Assembly: GCA_040882355.1 (NCBI GenBank)
Contig: JBBEBM010000059.1
Location: 1 to 64,000, forward strand
Direction of reading: 5' to 3'
Length of the DNA: 64,000 nt
Source: Dehalococcoidia bacterium
GTDB taxonomy: Bacteria > Chloroflexota > Dehalococcoidia > DSTF01 > RBG-16-68-14
Position numbers and translations under genes: made by a program. Position 1 is the first letter of the stretch, and every line of letters begins with the position of its first letter. Below, in pieces: positions 9,406 to 16,927 of the stretch. A model generated the notes under the pieces. That model saw nothing but the letters and a program-made list of their open reading frames with translations. It was not told where the DNA came from and searched no databases.

Positions 9406-9904
9406 CTAGCCCGGCGAGTCGTCTTCGAGGCGGCGGAGGGCGGCCTGGAGTAGCGCGTCGGCGTCGAGGCTGTCGCGGCCGAACGTGGCGACGCCCGCCT
9501 GCCACCTGCCGAGCGTCTGGACGCGGGTCTGGAGGTCGCCCTTGATGCGATAGCCCACCGTCGCGATGCTCGGCTGGTCCGTGTCGAAGACGAGGGCGAC
9601 GAAGCGCCCGTCATCGGCGCGGGCGGCGATGTCGTAGGAACGGAGGTGGGAGGCGATCAGCTCCGCCGCGCGCTCTACGACGAGCGCGTCAGGCTGCTCG
9701 CCCGGGCAGGAGGTGGAGGCGCCAGGCGACGAGCGAGAAGACGCCCTGGCTGCGAGAGGCGCGCGCCAGCTCGTCGCGCAGACGGGCCTCGAAGTACCAG
9801 GGCTGGTCCAGTCCCAGCTCGTCGCGAAGGCCGTCCGCGGCACTTGCTTGCGGTCCGGCGGACGTCGACGGCGCGGCTGCGCTCCGAGCGCGCTTGAAGA
9901 ACAT
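9406..9904 (-). pseudogene. degenerate GGDEF-domain gene split by a 1-nt frameshift near 9700
   Basis: ORF 9689-9904 (DELGLDQPWYFEARLRDELARASR) joins the frame of 9406-10248 (EQPDA...LRSYDIAARADDGRFVALV...GVATF..D.DALLQAA) if one G is removed from CCCGGGCGAG; span is 499 nt = 3n+1. Confidence 0.7.
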
Positions 9905-10020
9905 GCATGGCTCCTGATCGTCTTACCTTCGGCCGGGAGGGCTTGTCGTATCGGGGTTTCGGTGGATATTCGACCCGCTGCAGCTTCCGAGCACGGATCA
10001 GCCGCTCTGTTACAATGGCG

Positions 10021-11049
10021 ATGCCCATGCAGTACGTGCCCTACGGCCCCGAGTTGGAGCGCGTTCCGAACATCGTCGTCGACGGGCGCGGGAATCCGGC
10101 GACAGTGCTCACGCTGAGCCACTGGCCGCGCAATCAGACGCCGCTCGAGCTGAAGGCGGACAGCAGCACCGAGATCGTGATCAACTACCTCCGCTCGCCA
10201 AAGCGCGAGGCGTATCGCCAGGGCGCCGAGGCGGCGTCGAACAACCACTATGACGTCGATGGCCTAATGTCGCTGTGGGCGGTGCTCAATCCGGACGCTG
10301 CGCTCGAGCGGGCCGACCTGCTCGTCGCCTGCGGTGAGTGTGGCGACTTCGACCGCTGGTCGGGCGAGCGTGCGACGAAGGTGACGTGCGCGCTCTACGG
10401 GCTCGAGTCGCTGCCGTCGTCGCCCATCCGGCAGGGGCTCGCGGGCATCCGTGACTACCTGGAGCGCACCGCGTACCTCTACCGCGAAGCGCTGCCGCTG
10501 GTGCAGGAGCTGCTCGATACGCCTGAGCGGTTCGAGGAGTACTGGCGCGACGAGTATGCGAAGGTGGAGGCGGGCCGCGAGCTTTTCGCGAGGGGCGAGG
10601 CGACGGTGCAAGAGGTCGCGGAGCTGGACCTCGCCGTCTTTGAGCTGCCGCGCGAAGTCCACGACATGGCCCTCTACGAGCAGACGCAGTGCACGCGCGT
10701 CGCGCTGGTGCTGGAGGGCTTCCGCTACCAGGTGCGCTACCGCTACGAGAGCTGGGTGGAGCTCCAGAGTCGTCAACCGCCGCCGCGCATCGACCTGCGC
10801 CCGTTCGCCGGCGAGCTGCAGGCGATCGAGGGTAACGCGGGCGAGTGGGCCGCCGACGACATGCAGCGGACGCTGCCCCGGCTGCGCCTGCGCGGGCCGG
10901 AAGGCGGCACGTCGCCTAGCTCGATCACGACAGGGCTCTTTCTGCGCCTGCTCACCAGGTACCTGAGCATGAACGAGTCGAACGCGGATCTGCTTTGGTC
11001 GCCTCAGGACGCGGACATCGAGTACGTTTCGGCGCTGCCAAGTGACTGA
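10021..11049 (+). CDS. DUF6687-like protein (DHH-like fold)
   Basis: VVDG..LTLSHWP..TP..LKAD.STE and NNHYDVDG motifs; TACAAT -10 just upstream suggests a leaderless start. Confidence 0.7.
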   Translation: MPMQYVPYGPELERVPNIVVDGRGNPATVLTLSHWPRNQTPLELKADSSTEIVINYLRSPKREAYRQGAEAASNNHYDVDGLMSLWAVLNPDAALERADLLVACGECGDFDRWSGERATKVTCALYGLESLPSSPIRQGLAGIRDYLERTAYLYREALPLVQELLDTPERFEEYWRDEYAKVEAGRELFARGEATVQEVAELDLAVFELPREVHDMALYEQTQCTRVALVLEGFRYQVRYRYESWVELQSRQPPPRIDLRPFAGELQAIEGNAGEWAADDMQRTLPRLRLRGPEGGTSPSSITTGLFLRLLTRYLSMNESNADLLWSPQDADIEYVSALPSD

Positions 11050-11467
11050 CGACTGCGTCTTCTGCGGCATCGTCGCCGGCGAGGTCGAGGTGAGCGTCGC
11101 CTACGAGGACGAGGCGACGCTCGCGTTCATGGACCTCAGCCAGTTCGCGCAGGGACACACGCTGGTCGTGCCCAAGCGCCACGTCCGAGACATCTTCGAG
11201 CTGGACGACGAGACGGGCGCCGCGGTGATGGCCGCGACGGCGCGAGTGGCGCGAGGCGTGGACGCCGCCTTCTCGCCGCACGGCGTGACGATCTGGCAGT
11301 CGAACCGGGCGCCGTGGCAGGAGGTGTTCCACCTCCACGTCCACGTGCTGCCGCGCTGGCGCGAGGACGGCCTGATGCGCTTCACGCCGCCCAGCCGCGA
11401 CCGGCCGCCGCGGGCGGAGCTGGACCGGCAAGCGGCGGCGATCCGGGAGGCGCTGGCAGGCAGGTGA
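11042..11467 (+). CDS. HIT family nucleotide hydrolase
   Basis: CVFC, GHTLVVPKRH, HLHVHVLPR histidine triad. Confidence 0.93.
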   Translation: MTDDCVFCGIVAGEVEVSVAYEDEATLAFMDLSQFAQGHTLVVPKRHVRDIFELDDETGAAVMAATARVARGVDAAFSPHGVTIWQSNRAPWQEVFHLHVHVLPRWREDGLMRFTPPSRDRPPRAELDRQAAAIREALAGR

Positions 11468-11943
11468 TGAAATCGCTGGCGCTGTTCGCTGCCCTGGCCG
11501 TCGCGTTCACCTTGGCCTGCGGCGCCGACAAGGACGATTACGTCCGGGAGAACGAACGCATTCTTGAGGAGCTTCCCGTGTTTCCGGGGGCCGTCGTAGA
11601 ACGGCTCACCTCCAACCCTTATGACGAACCAGAAGGCAGCGGCGCACCTCCATATGAGGTCATCGGCTACACGACGAACGTGGTCTATGAGGCCCCGCCT
11701 GACGCGACGGCGCAGCAAGTCATCGACTTCTACGCTGAGCGTCTCGCGGGCGGGTGGGAGGTCCGCTTCGAAGAGATCCCGATCGTAGTCGGGGGGACGG
11801 GAGAGCGCAGAGGGACCGTGCTGATCGCGCACTTCATGCGAGGCGAGGCGATCGTCTCAGTGAACACGGACGGGATCGTTGCCGCCGCCGCCGGCCGGAC
11901 CTTCGAGGTAGTGGTGGACCAGCGAGGAAACCGCGACCGCTAA
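11467..11943 (+). CDS. putative lipoprotein
   Basis: TGATG overlap with the HIT gene; MKSLALFAALAVAFTLAC lipobox. Confidence 0.75.
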   Translation: MKSLALFAALAVAFTLACGADKDDYVRENERILEELPVFPGAVVERLTSNPYDEPEGSGAPPYEVIGYTTNVVYEAPPDATAQQVIDFYAERLAGGWEVRFEEIPIVVGGTGERRGTVLIAHFMRGEAIVSVNTDGIVAAAAGRTFEVVVDQRGNRDR

Positions 11944-11950
11944 GCTTTTC

Positions 11951-12001
11951 GCCAGGCTTCAGCCTGGCCTTCGGAAGAGGATGGGCAGCTCGCGAGCTGC
12001 C
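11951..12001. repeat. REP-like palindromes between convergent genes
   Basis: GCCAGGCTTCAGCCTGGC and GGCAGCTCGCGAGCTGCC hairpins. Confidence 0.6.
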
Positions 12002-12002
12002 G

Positions 12003-12386
12003 CTACGATGTTCCGGCGAAGCGGGCGATGTCGATCAGGGCGCGCTCGTGGATCCCTTCGCCGATCTTGACGCCGTCCTCGTTCCAGCACTCCACGTCGA
12101 AGAGGAAGCGGCGCCCGTTGATCTCGCGCAGGACGACCTTCGCCGTCACCTGCTTTCCCACCGGCGTCGGTGCGAGGTGACGGACGTCGACGTGAAAGCC
12201 GACGGACTGCTCACCGGGCTCGACGTAGCGCGAGAGGAGCCGGACGCAGGCGTCCTCGATGAGGGCGACCATCGACGGCGTGGAGTACATCGATGGCGCG
12301 TCCGGGCCGAGGTGGGTGATGCCCATCTCGGGCGTGGTGGTGATCGTCTGCTCATCGCTGACGCCGGGCTTCAGGTCGGGCTTCAC
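12003..12386 (-). CDS. FlK-like (fluoroacetyl-CoA) thioesterase, hotdog fold
   Basis: STPSMVALIEDAC, SVGFHVDVRHLAPTPVG, IGEGIHER. Confidence 0.9.
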   Translation of the reverse strand: MKPDLKPGVSDEQTITTTPEMGITHLGPDAPSMYSTPSMVALIEDACVRLLSRYVEPGEQSVGFHVDVRHLAPTPVGKQVTAKVVLREINGRRFLFDVECWNEDGVKIGEGIHERALIDIARFAGTS

Positions 12387-12446
12387 GAAGGGTCCTCCTT
12401 GCGGATGTCGGAGATGATCCTAGCACAGGCGCGCCTTGGCGGCGCT

Positions 12447-12657
12447 CGTGGGGGCTCGGTGGCGCGCAGGTTCTGACAGGCTGAAGCCTGTCCCGCGGAG
12501 AACGGGATCGCCGGTCGCCGAGAGGTTGGGCCGGGCTGAAGGCCCGGCCGTCCGGCCAGGCTGAAGGCCTCGCCTACACCAAGGCGCGGTCGTGGGGCCT
12601 CGGTGGCGCGCCGGTTCCGACAGGCTAAAGCCTGTCCCGCGGAGAAGGGGATCGCCG
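12447..12657. repeat. cluster of REP-like palindromes within two ~67-bp direct repeats
   Basis: 12447-12513 and 12591-12657 are near-identical, each with GACAGGCT(G/A)AAGCCTGTC; CCGGGCTGAAGGCCCGG and AGGCTGAAGGCCT lie between them. Confidence 0.8.
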
Positions 12658-12663
12658 TGTGCG

Positions 12664-13200
12664 TCAGACGCTGAATTGGCCGAGGGCGGCGCGCACGTTC
12701 GCCTCGACGAGGCCGCGCACGTCGTCGCGATTGGCCTCGGTCAGCTCGAAGAGCGTCGTGTCGGGCTGGGCCTTGAGCTCGTCGGCGAAGGGGTGCGCAG
12801 CGAGCATGATCGTGGCGAGGAGTGGCCGGTGGCGGCGAAGGACTTCGATGACGGCGCCCTGGAATGCGGCCGAGAACAGCTCCATCTTGCCGATCTCGTC
12901 GATGACTACGAGCCGGCCGGCCTCGACGGCCCGCTCTATCGCGGGCACGCCGACGCGGTCGAGCGCGGCGATGTCGACGCCGTAGCGGCCGAGATGGTGG
13001 GTGCCCTTCGCGCCGACGCGCGCGAGCGGAACGGTCTGCCCGTCCAGCGTCACGACGTCGAAGCCGGTGCGCCGACCGGAGGCGTCGCGCACCTCCGGGC
13101 TGAAGAAGCCGCCGGCAGCCGACGGCAGCGTTTCGAGCACGGCGCGCAGCAGTGTGCTCTTGCCGGCGCCCGCGCGCCCGGTGACGAGAATCGCTGCCAT
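12664..13200 (-). CDS. NTPase_1 (THEP1/HCR-NTPase) family
   Basis: GRAGAGKST, GGFFSPEVR..GRRTGF, VIDEIGKME. Confidence 0.92.
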   Translation of the reverse strand: MAAILVTGRAGAGKSTLLRAVLETLPSAAGGFFSPEVRDASGRRTGFDVVTLDGQTVPLARVGAKGTHHLGRYGVDIAALDRVGVPAIERAVEAGRLVVIDEIGKMELFSAAFQGAVIEVLRRHRPLLATIMLAAHPFADELKAQPDTTLFELTEANRDDVRGLVEANVRAALGQFSV

Positions 13201-13221
13201 GATGCGTAGGTGCGGCTACCG

Positions 13222-14259
13222 CTAGGCGCCGTTGCAGCCGATGCCCGACCGCGCCAGCGGGATCTGGTCTTTGTTTGTCTCCAGCGATCCGTCGCCGAGG
13301 TTAGACGAGTCGTTGCCGATCAGGCCGAAGACATCAAACGGCCAGTAGGAGACCCACGCCATGCCGATGATGTTCTCCCTGGGGACGGGCCCCCAGAGGT
13401 GCGAGTCGGAGCTGTTGTTCCGGTTGTCGCCGAGGACGAAGTAGTGCCCTTCGGGTATGCGCTCGGGCGCGCAGGTATAGCTCGGCTTCTCGAAAATGTA
13501 CGGCTCGTCCAGCGGGCGCCCGTTGATGAAGACGGTCTGGTCCCGCACCTCGACGACGTCGCCCGGCTCACCGATGATCCGTTTGATGAAGTCCCGTTCC
13601 GGCTGGCCCTGGGCGATGGCCGGGTCGCGGAAGACGATGACGTCGCCGCGCTGCGGGCCGCGGAAGAGGTAGCGCGTGGGGTCGTCGCCGGGGTCGACGA
13701 AGGGGACGAACTTGTGGACGTTCTCCAGGTTGATCTCGAAGTAGATAGCCTTGTTCACGAGCAGGTACCAGCCGTTCTGCAGCGTCGGCTGCATGCTGGA
13801 GCCTTCCACCTGGAAGTTCTGCACGACGGCGCGCACGAAAAGGAAGATGAGCACGGCCAGGATGACGGTCTCCGCCGCCTCGCGGAGCACGCGTCCGAAG
13901 GCGTGGCCGCGGCGCCGCTCGGCGGGTGGCGCGGCGGCCACGCCGCCGTACGGTCCGTAGTACGGTGCGCCGTAGGCCGGCTGCGGCGACGAGAGCAGCG
14001 CGGGGTCGGTCACGTCGCGCGGTTGGGCGAGCGCCCAGGCGAAGGGATCGTCGAGCGCCCAGGCGTCCGGCGCGGCCGGCTGGGGCTCGGGTATCGTGGG
14101 CACGACCGCAGGTCGAGGCGGTTCGCTTGGCGCCGACCAGGCGCTTGGCGCGGCGCCTGATCCGCCTAGAGGGCGGTGCGCGTCCGCGAACGGCGACGCG
14201 AACGGCCCTTCCGGGGACGGCTCTTGGTCAGGGAAACGGTCGGGGGGGAGTTCCGGCAT
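13222..14259 (-). CDS. lepB: signal peptidase I, paralog 1
   Basis: Catalytic Ser (GSSMQPTL), Lys (DFIKRIIG), YFVLGDNRNNSSDSH. Confidence 0.93.
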   Translation of the reverse strand: MPELPPDRFPDQEPSPEGPFASPFADAHRPLGGSGAAPSAWSAPSEPPRPAVVPTIPEPQPAAPDAWALDDPFAWALAQPRDVTDPALLSSPQPAYGAPYYGPYGGVAAAPPAERRRGHAFGRVLREAAETVILAVLIFLFVRAVVQNFQVEGSSMQPTLQNGWYLLVNKAIYFEINLENVHKFVPFVDPGDDPTRYLFRGPQRGDVIVFRDPAIAQGQPERDFIKRIIGEPGDVVEVRDQTVFINGRPLDEPYIFEKPSYTCAPERIPEGHYFVLGDNRNNSSDSHLWGPVPRENIIGMAWVSYWPFDVFGLIGNDSSNLGDGSLETNKDQIPLARSGIGCNGA

Positions 14260-14352
14260 TATGTGTGTATCAGTATAACAGGGGCGCTCGGTCGCGTCGT
14301 CGGCGGGTGCAGGGGCGTGGACTCAAATGGTGCGGCGCAAGGCAGGAAGGAG

Positions 14353-15378
14353 CTATGCGTCGCATCCGCTGGGCGGGGGTTTGAGGAAGGGCACGTCTTG
14401 CTTGTTCCCTTGCAGCGACCCTTCGCCGAGCTTTGCATCATTGTGGTCGATCAGGCCGAAGATGTCGGACGGCCAGTAGTTGATGAAGGCCATGCCGATG
14501 ATGTTCTCCTTGGGCACGGGTCCCCAGGCGTGGGAGTCGGAGCTCTGGTTGCGGTTGTCTCCCAAGACAAAATAGTGGCCGTCCGGAACACGCCGTGGAG
14601 GGCACGTGTAGTCCGGCGGGTCTGCGATGTAGGGTTCGTCCAGCGGCCGGCCGTTGATGAAGACGGTCCGGTCGCGCACTTCGACAACGTCGCCGGGCTC
14701 GCCAATGACGCGCTTGATGAAATCCTGTTCCGCCGCGCCGTCCGGCAGGTTGGGGTTGCGGAAGACGATGACGTCGCCGCGCTGGGGGCTGCGGAAGAGA
14801 TAGCGGGTGGGATCGTCACCGGGGTCGACGAAGGGGACGAACTTGTGGACGTTCTCAAGGTTGATCTCGAAGTAGATCGCCTTGTTCACCAGAAGGTACC
14901 AGCCGCTCTGGAGCGTCGGCTGCATGCTCTGGCCTTCCACCTGGAAGTTTTGCACGACGGCGCGCACGAAGAGGAAGATGAGCACGGCCAGGATGACGGT
15001 CTCCGCCGCCTCGCGGAGCAGGCGGCCGAACGTGTGGCCGCGCCGCCGCGCACCGGGCGGCGCGGTCGCGATGCCGCCGTACGGCCCGTAGTACGGTGCG
15101 CCGTAGGAAGGCTGCGGCGACGAGAGCAGGGCAGCGTCGGTCACGTCGCGGGGTTGCGCGACCGCCCATGCGTACGGATCGTCGAGGGCCCAGGCGTCGG
15201 GCGCAGCCGGCTCCGGTGACGAGCGAGGGGCAGGTGGCGGCGGCGCGTCGCCGGCGGCTGACCATGCGCCGGCCGCTGGCCGGACGAACGGGTCGGGCAT
15301 GTCGGCAGGGCGAGGCGCGAACGGCCCCTGTGGGGTCGGTTCTGACTCAGGGAAGCGCTCTGGGGGGAGTTCCGGCAT
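14353..15378 (-). CDS. lepB: signal peptidase I, paralog 2
   Basis: GQSMQPTL, DFIKRVIG, GDNRNQSSDSH; start MPELPP chosen by homology to paralog 1. Confidence 0.93.
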   Translation of the reverse strand: MPELPPERFPESEPTPQGPFAPRPADMPDPFVRPAAGAWSAAGDAPPPPAPRSSPEPAAPDAWALDDPYAWAVAQPRDVTDAALLSSPQPSYGAPYYGPYGGIATAPPGARRRGHTFGRLLREAAETVILAVLIFLFVRAVVQNFQVEGQSMQPTLQSGWYLLVNKAIYFEINLENVHKFVPFVDPGDDPTRYLFRSPQRGDVIVFRNPNLPDGAAEQDFIKRVIGEPGDVVEVRDRTVFINGRPLDEPYIADPPDYTCPPRRVPDGHYFVLGDNRNQSSDSHAWGPVPKENIIGMAFINYWPSDIFGLIDHNDAKLGEGSLQGNKQDVPFLKPPPSGCDA

Positions 15379-15533
15379 CTTTGTGTCAATCAGTGTAACA
15401 AGGGGCGCGACGATTATGAAAAGCAGTCTTTCCTGAGTGTCGGCAGCGCCCGTTTGGCTCGACAGCGCCCGCATCGTGCGCTCGTGCTAGACTATCGCTG
15501 CCCAAGCACACCTGTGACGAGAGGAGACCCCCG

Positions 15534-16403
15534 ATGCGCCCTTCGACCACTCTGCGCCGGATGCTCGACGAGCCGGAGATCATCGTGCTGCCCGGCGCTT
15601 ACGATGCGCTGACAGCGCGGCTCGCGGAGCGCGCCGGCTTTCGGGCGGTGTTCACGACGGGCTTCGGCTTCGCGGCGACGGTGCTCGGGATGCCGGACTT
15701 CGGTCTGCTAACGATGTCGGAGACGATGGAGCGCGTACGTCATGTCGCGCGGGCGCTGAACGTGCCGCTGGTGGCCGACATGGACACGGGCTATGGCAAC
15801 CCGCTCAACGTCGTCCGGACGGTGCGCGAGTGCGTGTCGCTGGGCGTAGGTGGGATCATCCTGGAGGACCAGGAGTGGCCGAAAAAATGCGGCCACTTCG
15901 AGGGCAAGCGGGTGATCCCGGCGGAGGAGCAGGTGGCGAAGCTGCGCGCCGCCGCCGACGCGCGCGGTGAGGACGACCTGGTGATCATCGGGCGCACGGA
16001 CGCCCGCCAGCCGCTTGGCCTGGACGAGGCGATCCGGCGTGGCAAGCTCTACCGCGACGCTGGCGCCGACGTCGTCTTCGTCGAGGCGCCGCGGTCGGTC
16101 GACGAGCTGCGAGAGGTGGCGCGGGCGATCCCGGACGCGCCGCTGTTCGCGAACATGATTGAGGGCGGCAAGACGCCGCTGCTGAGCTCCGCGGAGCTGC
16201 AGGAGCTCGGCTACAAGATGGTCGTCTACCCGCTCTCCGCGCTCTTCTCGGCGGCGAAAGCCGTGGAGGCGACGTACCGCGCGCTGTTCGAGGAGAAGAC
16301 GACGGCCTCGCGCCAGGGCGAGCTGGTCTCGTTCGAGGAATTCGAAGAGATCATCGGCGTGCCGGACTGGCGGGAGCTGGAGCAACGCTACGGCGTCGCG
16401 TGA
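15534..16403 (+). CDS. isocitrate lyase/PEP mutase family enzyme (methylisocitrate lyase-like)
   Basis: DMDTGYG, LEDQEWPKKCGH, GRTDA, ANMIEGGKTP. Confidence 0.9.
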   Translation: MRPSTTLRRMLDEPEIIVLPGAYDALTARLAERAGFRAVFTTGFGFAATVLGMPDFGLLTMSETMERVRHVARALNVPLVADMDTGYGNPLNVVRTVRECVSLGVGGIILEDQEWPKKCGHFEGKRVIPAEEQVAKLRAAADARGEDDLVIIGRTDARQPLGLDEAIRRGKLYRDAGADVVFVEAPRSVDELREVARAIPDAPLFANMIEGGKTPLLSSAELQELGYKMVVYPLSALFSAAKAVEATYRALFEEKTTASRQGELVSFEEFEEIIGVPDWRELEQRYGVA

Positions 16404-16418
16404 GGCGCGCCTGCTCGG

Positions 16419-16868
16419 CTACGCCCCGACATCCACGGTGATGTTGTCGGGCCCGATTGCGCGGACCCTTCGCTCCGGGCTCCGGAAGACGAAGGCGATG
16501 GACACGGTATCCTGTCCGCTGCTAATCTCCGTCTCTTCGTCCGCGCCGTCGTGGACCGTCCAGTAGAAGCCAACTGACTGGTCCTCCTCTATGGCCTGGA
16601 CAAGCGCTTCCCGCACCTGCTCCTTCTGGTCGTTGGGCCACTCGTCGAGATGATTGATCTCGGCCGAGCCGAGGCCGACCTTGCGTAGCTCCCTGCGCGC
16701 CCACACCGGGAGCGTATCGAGCGCGCCGGATTGAGCGAACTCCTCGAAGTTCGGATGGTCGGCGAGCTCGCCGGGTGTGGCGAAGATGATGTCCAGAGCT
16801 TCTGTGGTATCGGTCTTGCCCGTTCGGACCGCTTGCAAGAACGTGCGCATCGAACTGTGTGTCGGCAT
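16419..16868 (-). CDS. hypothetical acidic protein
   Basis: AAGGAGG RBS; 149-aa ORF; no recognised motif. Confidence 0.7.
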   Translation of the reverse strand: MPTHSSMRTFLQAVRTGKTDTTEALDIIFATPGELADHPNFEEFAQSGALDTLPVWARRELRKVGLGSAEINHLDEWPNDQKEQVREALVQAIEEDQSVGFYWTVHDGADEETEISSGQDTVSIAFVFRSPERRVRAIGPDNITVDVGA

Positions 16869-16927
16869 GACTGCTCCCTCCTTATCTGCCCGGATCGCTC
16901 CAGCCGCCTTGCCGCATCCGGGACCGG

